Source: Candidatus Pacearchaeota archaeon
GTDB lineage: Archaea > Nanobdellota > Nanobdellia > Pacearchaeales > GW2011-AR1
Assembly: GCA_016866975.1 (NCBI GenBank)
Contig: VGKP01000008.1
Location: 1-36,803 of the forward strand
DNA length: 36,803 nt
Direction of reading: 5' to 3'
This document shows, piece after piece, positions 9,301-16,423 of the stretch. Every line of letters begins with the position of its first letter. The stretch's first letter is position 1. The position numbers and the translations under genes are program-made. Under the pieces are notes generated by a model, which was not told where the DNA came from, did no database searches, and saw nothing but the letters and a program-made list of their open reading frames with translations.

Positions 9301-9742
9301 ATTCAATGGAGTATTAGATGAATTTAGTATATATGCGCGTGCGCTTGAGGACAAGGAAGTTGCTTCTTTGTATTCCGATTTCTCTCGTCAATCTGTAGAC
9401 TTCAGTCTTGCTCACAGATCCTCACGTTCCTTTATTAAGAATGATTTGGATGAGAAGATATTTGGGTCATTGCGAATCTATTTGGAGAATTATGATCCTA
9501 TCACAAAAACCTGGAGCCCATACAGTCTTGCTCACAGATCCTATTTTGAGAAAAGTCACAAGATTATCCTTCCTCCTCGTTCATCTACATCTATACACTA
9601 TATTTTCAATTCTAAGGGATATGTAGTATGGGGACCTGGAAATTACAGGGTGTATGCATCATTTGAAGAAGATCAGGTCTCTGATAAACGAAAAGGAAAA
9701 ATAATTACGGAGAATTATGTTCAGTTTGAAGTCAAATCTTAA
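6389..9742 (+). CDS. Secreted zinc metallopeptidase (M6/M11-like metzincin) with N-terminal 6-Cys module and C-terminal LamG domain; 40-aa repeat-derived insert in the signal peptide
   Basis: HELGHNFGAHH (HExxH at 7988-8002) and Met-turn-like EYGDSYDVMG. LamG motifs FTVSLWV, WHHIVVRYDG, LFVDG, GVLDEFSIY. Confidence 0.75.
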   Translation: MKRAGVAFVMSRNLTKTPAFKLELFLEHPKKERLHQTAAFKPQWRIVFLIISAIAVFFLTLISVQGISEGTAFPDGKYCKDSDGGIFSFQRGVVDSINFLGIPKKYEDRCLDMKGKSFVREYYCDNERGKWQEMPCHSGCDLRKCMPSKVSIKLEMTKEHYAAGELIELAGYKKLDSKSGAGAEKISPLTGRAVGIGSEGSGGGSGSGSGSERYCASTQLFAKFSLENARQKRELASLQRDLNSLAKESCSSNSEFFEEEVVPLIEMRKELLIELIRRSPVAALETKPLPSHFTERLSDEERISLLEDRSPKEGYFDIVHEEDGNGLGKKFHYYLRTQGDNQKKYEAFLAHGELQEHPGSKVIVQGLALDNVLALDDSPAKTQVIDKPITPAQENLGKQRVLVIVSKIEGVPAPTSVEEARKVVFEEVQGFYDDTSYGKTELIGKVIGPYDLKYSEDNKCNEIKLLLKEAFNRKDIESFDYDRLILAVPCTPGCNCAGGSGTVGKMMNYELPNGKYANFSASWDFVFSKFVVSHELGHNFGAHHANKYECRKDAADYSGLEVYGPAKSCENMEYGDSYDVMGGGGSFNAPHRSEAGWLSPENTKTIEEGTFVLRPLNKKVSPGTLQQIRIPVNFESGFYFPPENIFYTVELKLPSKEDKLSAPTVFLHLAKGSDDGSFTFLQTTLFEPSATSETIINPDGTQIKEIQTHNSLKILSPYIDPWNGVQISLVSISEEGAEIKVEKLQKSGINFQKPLVHYNFDEQTQPKVLNLDADGYSTGRFKDSSENGIYAKIKDKVLRIGGGVYVMQDSASQNYDKIPSHISLSNYPLSFIQTQNKFTVSLWVHPQSFSSLSTSVYSGKGISIHIMENGGVWASSLFKNVLYSSPSYHSVFLAEVEYREPLKLMEWHHIVVRYDGSEMSLFVDGVLRDKKSSQKIYPIDSSSESKEHPLTKVHFGRYGDHILGPYYSEGIFNGVLDEFSIYARALEDKEVASLYSDFSRQSVDFSLAHRSSRSFIKNDLDEKIFGSLRIYLENYDPITKTWSPYSLAHRSYFEKSHKIILPPRSSTSIHYIFNSKGYVVWGPGNYRVYASFEEDQVSDKRKGKIITENYVQFEVKS
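6416..6537 (+). repeat. Palindromic AT-flanked element, copy B (120 nt + AT), in-frame within CDS
   Basis: ATGTCAAGGAAC...CGTTTTTTTG-AT. First 57 nt are identical to copies C, E and H. Confidence 0.95.
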
Positions 9743-9780
9743 TCGTTTATTGACTCTGACGCAATCATTATAAAGCAGTT

Positions 9781-10995
9781 TTGTATGATATTGGAATGAT
9801 AAAAGGGGAAAAGAAGGATGTTAAATGGGGCAAGAGGGGCGCGCTTGAAGCATCAGAGACGGGAGAATGGACTCTGTTCATTATTGCTGCAGTAATATTG
9901 CTGGCATTTGTAGGGATACTTTATGCTCTTCTGAAAGGTTCTAGTGAGGATGATATATGCAAATTGTCTGTGCTTGGAAGGGCGACAACTCCTATAAGCG
10001 AGACGCAGCAGGCAATTCCATTGAAATGCGTAGCTAAAAAAGTATGCTTCAACGATGGCAGAGGGAAATGCGAAGAGTCATTGTTGGGAGAGAAAGGAGT
10101 CAAGGAAATAAAATTGCCCAAAGTAGATGTAGAAAATGAAGAGGCACTTGAAAAAGCTGCAGAGTTAATAGAAGAAGAAAGTGCAAGGAAAATGTATGAA
10201 TGCTGGAAGACAATGGGAGAAGGAAAGCTTGACCTTTTCAATGGGGTGAAAGTATCTTTTGGTATTGATCCGGTAAGAACTACTTGTGTGATATGCTCGC
10301 GTCTTGTAATAGATAAGAATGTGCCTTTAGAAGTCTTGGAGAGAGTCGATGTCAATGATTATATGAAGACACATCCAGTCACTTCCGGGAGCAGCATAAC
10401 ATATCTTCAAGCATTCACTGGAAGCAAAGACGTGAAAGGATATGCAAAATTCAATGAAGAAGTATTCAAGGTAGATGACAATGGCAGTTTTGATAATTCA
10501 AAGCTTGTTGAACAAAATGAAAACATTGCTAAGGGCTTGAAAGATAAAAGAGACAGGGAAATTGCCGAAACTGCCAAATTGGATGTTGGTCCTTCCTCAG
10601 GCAGGGAAAATAGAGAGCTTGCTTTTGTATTCATGCAGATAAAACCGAAGAGCTATTCAGAAGTGCTGGGCAATATGGCAAAGACTGGGGGATTAGTAGT
10701 TGGGAGCACATTCATGACTCCCGTAGTAAAGCCTGTCCGAATGCTCACTACGAAAATATTGTGGAATCCAGTAGGAATTATTGCAACAGGCGTTGCAGGA
10801 GTAGGCATTGCAGGATATGGGGCGTATAATGTAAAGCAGGGGCAATTGACTGCTGCAGGATATTGCGGAGAATTCACTACAAAAGAAAAAGAAGAAGAGA
10901 AAAGGAAGGGGTGCTCGATGGTGCAAGGATTGAACTATAATAAAGAGGAAATAAATGCACTTTGCGCAAGTATCCAGGGAAGACTCTATGAGTAA
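9781..10995 (+). CDS. Pilin-like protein, Cys-rich, about 400 aa
   Basis: KWGKRG|ALEASETGEWTLFIIAAVILLAFVG. True start may be the ATG at 9797 region. Confidence 0.65.
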   Translation: MYDIGMIKGEKKDVKWGKRGALEASETGEWTLFIIAAVILLAFVGILYALLKGSSEDDICKLSVLGRATTPISETQQAIPLKCVAKKVCFNDGRGKCEESLLGEKGVKEIKLPKVDVENEEALEKAAELIEEESARKMYECWKTMGEGKLDLFNGVKVSFGIDPVRTTCVICSRLVIDKNVPLEVLERVDVNDYMKTHPVTSGSSITYLQAFTGSKDVKGYAKFNEEVFKVDDNGSFDNSKLVEQNENIAKGLKDKRDREIAETAKLDVGPSSGRENRELAFVFMQIKPKSYSEVLGNMAKTGGLVVGSTFMTPVVKPVRMLTTKILWNPVGIIATGVAGVGIAGYGAYNVKQGQLTAAGYCGEFTTKEKEEEKRKGCSMVQGLNYNKEEINALCASIQGRLYE

Positions 10996-11000
10996 GGGAA

Positions 11001-11051
11001 CCTCAAGAACTTACGTTCTTGATGGCCGTCAAGGATTTAGAATCCTTGAGG
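11001..11051 (-). repeat. 51-nt twin-hairpin module, stand-alone copy
   Basis: TCAAGAAC-ttac-GTTCTTGA, tggccg, TCAAGGATT-tag-AATCCTTGA. Its reverse complement has the same 2+21+6+20+2 layout as 44-94. Confidence 0.8.
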
Positions 11052-11096
11052 CTACGTTACCCTCATTAATGTTCTTGGAAGGTAAACGGAGGGTAA

Positions 11097-11702
11097 ATGG
11101 ATAAAAAAGGGCAATTGAAAGAAAATACTCTTGGGGTGATAATAGCAGTTATAGGGATAGTGATAGTATTCGGAGGAGCAGGATTTTTACTTTATAATTA
11201 TTTTACTCTGTCTTCAGAGCAGAGGCAGGAAGAAGCAAAGGGTTTGCTTGATGTCCTAGGAGCAAAGTTAGAAAAATTAGAAGAGGGAAAGAATAGCAGT
11301 TTTCTTGTGAAAGGGCCATGCGAGGGAAATAGTCTAGGAGATCTTTGTTATTGGTATCTGACAGGATGGAGTGTTGGAGAACAAGACAGGCCTCAGAGAT
11401 GTTTTTTCAATAGTTGCATATGCGTGTGCAAAGCTGAGAATAAGGAATCTTCGATAAACAAGAGAGAACTTGTTGAGGCGTGCCAGAACGGCGAGACTGG
11501 ATATTGCAAGGCAGTAAGCACAGAAAAAATAGAAGTATCCAGCGTACAAAAAGTAGATGGAGATATCATTGCATATAAAGAGGGTTTTGATGTTAGAGGG
11601 CCTAAAAAGGATGCAGTGAAACCATTTATATCTTTCAGGACAAATCTTATCGAGTTGATGTTGCAGAGAAATCCTGGGGGTCTGAATATTAGCCGAGTAT
11701 GA
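11097..11702 (+). CDS. Pilin-like protein, 201 aa
   Basis: GGAGG SD-like motif upstream. MDKKG|QLKENTLGVIIAVIGIVIVF. Confidence 0.75.
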   Translation: MDKKGQLKENTLGVIIAVIGIVIVFGGAGFLLYNYFTLSSEQRQEEAKGLLDVLGAKLEKLEEGKNSSFLVKGPCEGNSLGDLCYWYLTGWSVGEQDRPQRCFFNSCICVCKAENKESSINKRELVEACQNGETGYCKAVSTEKIEVSSVQKVDGDIIAYKEGFDVRGPKKDAVKPFISFRTNLIELMLQRNPGGLNISRV

Positions 11703-12112
11703 CAAAGATAAATGGAAAGAGAGGGGCGAGTGATATCCTGCATTCTACAATAGCATTTATTTTCATCCTTCTTTTATTTACATTTGGGATGTGGTATTAT
11801 ATCTATCAACAGAAGAGTGGAGCATCTGTCTGGGAAGATTATTATGCAAAACAATTAACTATAGTCATGAATTCTGCGAGACCGGGAGATATCATAGTAT
11901 TAGATGTCCATAAAGCAACAGAAATAGCACAGAAAGCAAGCGTGTCTTTTGAGTCTATATTCTTAATCTCAGACCAAGAGACTTGTGTAAGGCTTTCACA
12001 AGGAAGAAAGACATGTTATTCTTTTTTCAACAGAGTCGACGCGGAAATAGAGTTAAGGACAGGTGTGCCTGGAAATGTGATTGAAATAAAGGTATTGGAG
12101 GAAAAAGAATGA
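11699..12112 (+). CDS. Pilin-like protein, 137 aa
   Basis: GKRG|ASDILHSTIAFIFILLLF. ATGA overlap with the previous gene. Confidence 0.7.
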   Translation: MTKINGKRGASDILHSTIAFIFILLLFTFGMWYYIYQQKSGASVWEDYYAKQLTIVMNSARPGDIIVLDVHKATEIAQKASVSFESIFLISDQETCVRLSQGRKTCYSFFNRVDAEIELRTGVPGNVIEIKVLEEKE

Positions 12113-12558
12113 ACAGAAAAGCAGCTGCAGGCGACCAAACAATTAGCTTTGCATGGATATTCATGCTGTTCTTCATAGCAATCATGCTTGTCGGAGGAGT
12201 CGTATTATTTTTTGGCTCTGACATAGATATCAGAGGGATTGAGAGTGCCCAGATGTCTAATAAGGTAAAAGATTGTATCATCTCTGGCAAGATAGACATG
12301 AAAAATAAATTAGAATTAGAAGAAATAGAGAAGAAATGCGGAATAGATGAAAAAGTATTAACTGATTATTTTTTATTGTCCATAAGCAAGGAAGAAGAAC
12401 AGTTGATAAAAATAAAAGACGCGACCTCTTGTGACTTCAAGGGAACTGAAGACAATCCATATTATCCAAGGTGTAGAGATGATAGTTTTATATTTAATGG
12501 AGAAAGTTATTCGATAAAAGTTGGTAGCCATCAATTTTCAAGGAGAGGATTAGGATGA
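12109..12558 (+). CDS. Pilin-like protein, 149 aa
   Basis: MNRKA|AAGDQTISFAWIFMLFFIAIML. ATGA overlap. Confidence 0.65.
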   Translation: MNRKAAAGDQTISFAWIFMLFFIAIMLVGGVVLFFGSDIDIRGIESAQMSNKVKDCIISGKIDMKNKLELEEIEKKCGIDEKVLTDYFLLSISKEEEQLIKIKDATSCDFKGTEDNPYYPRCRDDSFIFNGESYSIKVGSHQFSRRGLG

Positions 12559-13145
12559 ATAAAAAAGGACAGACCGAGATAAGCAAGACGATGACATTCT
12601 TTCCTGTATTCATACTACTTTTTGTGATACTTCTATTATTTTTTGCGTTGACTTTCGCAATAAGCGCAGTCAAGAGAGTGCAAACCCCTTTCTTGATGGC
12701 CTCTGCAGAAAAAGGAAATTCTATATTATTTGAAACAATCACTGTCGATGGAAAAAAGGTATTGTTCATTGAAGGCCTGTTCATCTATCATGGGAAGAAG
12801 ACAGGCCTGGTAAGTGATCCTTCATTTGAGTGGAATTTTTTACATGCAGCGCAGGCCATGTTTGAGAAAAATGCAAAAAAGGACATTACTGGAATAAAAG
12901 GCTATTCCAAGATATGTCTTATGGCTGGCATAGATGAGGGAAAGAAAAGCAGAGGATTGGCTTTTGTGATGCATGAAGATGGAAGAGTCGTAACAGGAGA
13001 CAATCAAAGAGGAGATATACTTATGTCTAAGGCAGTCGTATATGATTTTCCATCAAAAAGGCTTGAGAGCATATCATTGATAGTAGATGGAGAGAGGAAG
13101 ATATTGTCTTATTATTATGGAAAATGCTATAGGAGTGCAGAATGA
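12555..13145 (+). CDS. Pilin-like protein, 196 aa
   Basis: MNKKG|QTEISKTMTFFPVFILLF. ATGA overlap. Confidence 0.7.
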   Translation: MNKKGQTEISKTMTFFPVFILLFVILLLFFALTFAISAVKRVQTPFLMASAEKGNSILFETITVDGKKVLFIEGLFIYHGKKTGLVSDPSFEWNFLHAAQAMFEKNAKKDITGIKGYSKICLMAGIDEGKKSRGLAFVMHEDGRVVTGDNQRGDILMSKAVVYDFPSKRLESISLIVDGERKILSYYYGKCYRSAE

Positions 13146-13591
13146 GGAGAATAGGAAAGAGAGGAGATGTTCCCACAATATTGCTTGTCCCTATAACTCT
13201 AATTCTAATAATCGCCGCGCTGTTTTATTTCAGGAGCTATAATGGAGAGATACAGAACAAATCATCAGAAGTCGCGGAGATAATAGAAGAAGTCACTCTG
13301 AGCCAAGCTACTTTGGAGAAAGTATCAGAACTTATAGGTGAGGAAGCTTTAGCTTCAGAGAGCGATGACATGAAGAAGAAGTTTCAGGAGATTGCGGCTG
13401 GTCATGATCTAAGGTGGAATGGAGTGGGAAACTTCTTCGCCAAGATAAGGACAGGAGATTTTGTATTTGAGAAAAAAGAAAAGTCTTATATATTGGAGAT
13501 AAAAGGGCTTTTTGTGCAGTCAGAAAGAGGGGCCAACAAGATGAAGAGAGGATTTGATATAATAAAGAAATTTAAAGAGAGAGATGGATAA
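13142..13591 (+). CDS. Pilin-like protein, 149 aa
   Basis: GKRG|DVPTILLVPITLILIIAALF. ATGA overlap. Confidence 0.7.
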   Translation: MRRIGKRGDVPTILLVPITLILIIAALFYFRSYNGEIQNKSSEVAEIIEEVTLSQATLEKVSELIGEEALASESDDMKKKFQEIAAGHDLRWNGVGNFFAKIRTGDFVFEKKEKSYILEIKGLFVQSERGANKMKRGFDIIKKFKERDG

Positions 13592-13622
13592 GATTTATAA
13601 AGAACTTTGTCGTGGGAGAGGG

Positions 13623-14117
13623 ATGAATAGAAGAGGGCAGGAGCTGTCTGTTGGCACGCTTATATTGATTGTATTGGGAATAGTCCTATTAGTATTGCTC
13701 ATTTTAGGATTCTCTCTTGGATGGAGCAATCTTTGGGAAAAGATAAACATATTCAGCAGTACAACAAGCCTTGAAAGTATTGCCCAGAAATGCAGCCTTG
13801 CAGTGACATCAGGCAGCTTGCTTTCATATTGCGAGAGTTTTACTCAGATAACTTTTGAGGGAAAAAAGCAGTATGTAAATTGCGAGTATCCAAAACTCAA
13901 TCTAGATAAGACTCTTACTTGCTCTAGTGAACCAAGAAAGAAGAACAAGTGCATAGAATTGATAAAGGCAAAGTTTGCTGACCAATTCAAATCTGACCAG
14001 GAAGAAGCATTTTCCGATAAATGCACCAGTACTACTGACTTGATAGTCAATGGAGATTCATGCTCGAGTTATTGCAAAGATGTAAAATTTGCGGAGATAA
14101 AGCAGAAAGCAGCTTGA
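13623..14117 (+). CDS. Pilin-like protein (likely start 13623)
   Basis: MNRRG|QELSVGTLILIVLGIVLLVLLILGF with a Cys-rich C-terminal domain. Purine-rich SD-like motif before 13623. Confidence 0.8.
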   Translation: MNRRGQELSVGTLILIVLGIVLLVLLILGFSLGWSNLWEKINIFSSTTSLESIAQKCSLAVTSGSLLSYCESFTQITFEGKKQYVNCEYPKLNLDKTLTCSSEPRKKNKCIELIKAKFADQFKSDQEEAFSDKCTSTTDLIVNGDSCSSYCKDVKFAEIKQKAA

Positions 14118-14154
14118 TAAAAGATTTTAAATAACATAAAGTTCTGATTTTCTC

Positions 14155-14460
14155 ATGAATAAAAGAGGAATGGAGTTGGCTATCTCTACTTTGGTACTGA
14201 TAGTCATAGGACTTATGCTGCTTATTGCATTAATTTATGCCGCAACTATAGGATTTGATAAATTCAGAGGGACATCTAAACCTTTTATAGATACTGCAAA
14301 TGCAGGGGCGGTAAAACAGGCCTGCTCAATAGCATGCAAGCAAGAAGATAGGCTCACGTTTTGTTGCAAGAACTATACATTGGAAAAAGAAACAGTCAAA
14401 TGTGATGATAATAGACTTGAAGTTGGATGTTCTCTAAGCTGCAATGGATTTTCCTGCTAG
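14155..14460 (+). CDS. Pilin-like protein, 101 aa, Cys-rich
   Basis: MNKRG|MELAISTLVLIVIGLMLLIALI. Confidence 0.8.
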   Translation: MNKRGMELAISTLVLIVIGLMLLIALIYAATIGFDKFRGTSKPFIDTANAGAVKQACSIACKQEDRLTFCCKNYTLEKETVKCDDNRLEVGCSLSCNGFSC

Positions 14461-14461
14461 T

Positions 14462-15241
14462 CTATTTACCGAATTTAATCTTTAATTTGAATGCTGGTCC
14501 AAATCCTTTCGCATTTGGATCTTGCTTAGGAGTGTTACATACTGAGAGAGAGAACTTGGCGCCTGAGATTTCTTTATTACAATAATCCTGATACGATCTC
14601 TGGACTTTTTCTGCTTTCTCTTTGAGTGAAGGAGGGAGCTTTGTCGCCCAATCATTGCTACCTATCTCAAATTTTTCTATTGGAAGGCATTTTTTAAATT
14701 CAGAATCAGGATTAGAGAAGGGAGGAGATGGGGGTAAAGCTGGCGGGGCTCCACTACCCTGGCTTGCTGAACCCGAACCCTGAATCTCAGGGGTAAGTGT
14801 TAAAGGGCCGAAAGAGAATAGACTACATCCCTCATTGTCTGAATGCTTCTCTAGTTTAAGTTTTAGTTTAATTTCTGGAATAAATAATTCATCTCCTAGT
14901 TCAGACTCAGATAGTAAATTCGAGAGAGGCTTATCGGGATCGAGAGTCATCATAGAGGGATTGCATGCGGTCCCAGGCCCATTACATCCTTCAGGACATA
15001 GAGATACTGATCGTGAAATCTTTCCATCTATGCAAGAATATTCTATATGTTTATTGTTCAAACAGGAATCCTTATGCTTTGTCTTGAAAAACCAATTGCT
15101 AGATTGCACTTCTCCAGATATCTTCCTATTCTTCCCATTATCAGAATCTGTGCAAGCATGCTGTGATGAATCATGGCTTGAAATCAATGAAGATAAGATA
15201 ATCAAAACGGTGATTGAAACAATGATTAAACTCTTTCTCAT
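14462..15241 (-). CDS. Secreted protein with one 6-Cys CxDSD module and a Gly/Ser/Pro linker
   Basis: MRK plus hydrophobic leader. CTDSDNG...DSC...EYSC...CPEGC...C. Confidence 0.7.
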   Translation of the reverse strand: MRKSLIIVSITVLIILSSLISSHDSSQHACTDSDNGKNRKISGEVQSSNWFFKTKHKDSCLNNKHIEYSCIDGKISRSVSLCPEGCNGPGTACNPSMMTLDPDKPLSNLLSESELGDELFIPEIKLKLKLEKHSDNEGCSLFSFGPLTLTPEIQGSGSASQGSGAPPALPPSPPFSNPDSEFKKCLPIEKFEIGSNDWATKLPPSLKEKAEKVQRSYQDYCNKEISGAKFSLSVCNTPKQDPNAKGFGPAFKLKIKFGK

Positions 15242-15348
15242 ACAAGTCTTTATAAGAATAAGTATTTAATGTTTACTAAAAGATTCTGTTTTACTTCATC
15301 TTTGCGCTTGTAATTAGAGAAGTTTACTTCTCTTGGAGAGACTTTACT

Positions 15349-15470
15349 ATGTCAAGGAACTTGACTAAAACTCCAGCTTTTAAGCTGGAGTTGTTCCTTG
15401 AGCATCCAAAGCACGAGTGCCTGCAACAAACCACACTCTTCAGAGTGTGGTGGCACATCGTGCTTTTGAT
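15349..15470 (+). repeat. Palindromic AT-flanked element, copy C (120 nt + AT), intergenic
   Basis: 119/120 identical to the reverse complement of 20767-20886. Confidence 0.95.
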
Positions 15471-15493
15471 TTTACCTATAAATTTAAATAACC

Positions 15494-15919
15494 TTGCAAA
15501 TTGACCTTTTTATGGGTACTTCCTTAACTGATTATCGTAATTATGACCAAGGAATTCTTGAAAAAAGGGCAACACTTCCTACTTTAAGAATTAGTGCGCC
15601 TCTTAACAATTCTCTTTTTATAATTGCCCCTTATGGCAAGGGGTTAGCATTGTATTCTTCACATCACGATTTTCCTCTTTCTACAACCCTCTTAGCTCGG
15701 GCAGAAACTTATATTACTCAAGAAGGAGCTGTAGTACGCGCGAATACTCCTCGACTTATAGTTCTAGAAGAGGATCGCAACTTAATTTATGAACGAGATC
15801 CAGAAACTTTCCCTATAATTTTTAAGGATTCTGAACCTACCAGGGCTCACGCGTTCATGAGTGAATATATCAAACAGTGTTATGAGGCTGCGCTTCGTGC
15901 TGCTGGGCAGAAATCTTAA
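15494..15919 (+). CDS. Hypothetical protein, up to 141 aa (start uncertain)
   Basis: Longest ORF of the interval, no motif recognised. Confidence 0.5.
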   Translation: MQIDLFMGTSLTDYRNYDQGILEKRATLPTLRISAPLNNSLFIIAPYGKGLALYSSHHDFPLSTTLLARAETYITQEGAVVRANTPRLIVLEEDRNLIYERDPETFPIIFKDSEPTRAHAFMSEYIKQCYEAALRAAGQKS

Positions 15920-15972
15920 CACTCTTATTTTTTTATCGAAACTCTTATAAATTACTTTTCTCTTGCACATCT

Positions 15973-16098
15973 ATGGATTATGGAATGCCTGAAAGAAGAA
16001 AGAACAAGAATGATAAAAGAGCTAAAGCAAGATTTAATCGATTCAAAATAGGTGGAGCTCTGCGCAGCGCAGAACGTCAGAAAAAGCCTCAGAGTTGA
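15973..16098 (+). CDS. Candidate small basic protein, 41 aa (missing from ORF track)
   Basis: MDYGMPERRKNKNDKRAKARFNRFKIGGALRSAERQKKPQS*. TTATAAA at 15945-15951 lies about 22 nt upstream. Confidence 0.45.
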   Translation: MDYGMPERRKNKNDKRAKARFNRFKIGGALRSAERQKKPQS

Positions 16099-16304
16099 GA
16101 GTTATAGCTTCTTGGATGATTCAATCTATCTATCCCTATATAAATTGCTAAGACTCCGCCAAAGATTCCGATAATGGCAATCCACCATTTTATTAAGAAG
16201 AACTGGGTAAATAACCCGATTATAAGGATGGTCGTACTAGTTACTATGGCCAGAATTCCGAGCAAGATATAGGAGTATGCACAGAACTTGACTCTTTTTG
16301 TCAT
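16089..16304 (-). CDS. Small 2-TM membrane protein, 71 aa (ATG at 16304)
   Basis: MTKRVKFCAYSYILLG... The ORF-track extension to 16328 is repeat-derived. Confidence 0.6.
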   Translation of the reverse strand: MTKRVKFCAYSYILLGILAIVTSTTILIIGLFTQFFLIKWWIAIIGIFGGVLAIYIGIDRLNHPRSYNSQL

Positions 16305-16422
16305 GTCGGGAACCGATGAAAACCACACCTTTCAAGGTGTGGTGGTTCCCGAGCATCTCCAAAAACGAGCGCCTGCAACAAACCTCGGCTTTTAAGCCGA
16401 GGTGGCGCATCGTTTTTGTGAT
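16303..16422 (+). repeat. Palindromic AT-flanked element, copy D (118 nt + AT), variant arm 1
   Basis: ATG-TC-GGGAACC...ACCACACCT-ttca-AGGTGTGGT-GGTTCCC-GA-G-CAT, then arm 2 as in copies A and H. Confidence 0.92.
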
Positions 16423-16423
16423 T

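Noticed and set aside
15316-15333. Perfect AGAGAAGT-tt-ACTTCTCT palindrome beside copy C
   Set aside because: Outside the AT boundary and absent from other copies. Possibly a local operator, with no further support.
16305-16328. N-terminal extension MWFSSVPD of the 79-aa ORF
   Set aside because: It is derived from repeat copy D. The native start is the ATG at 16304.
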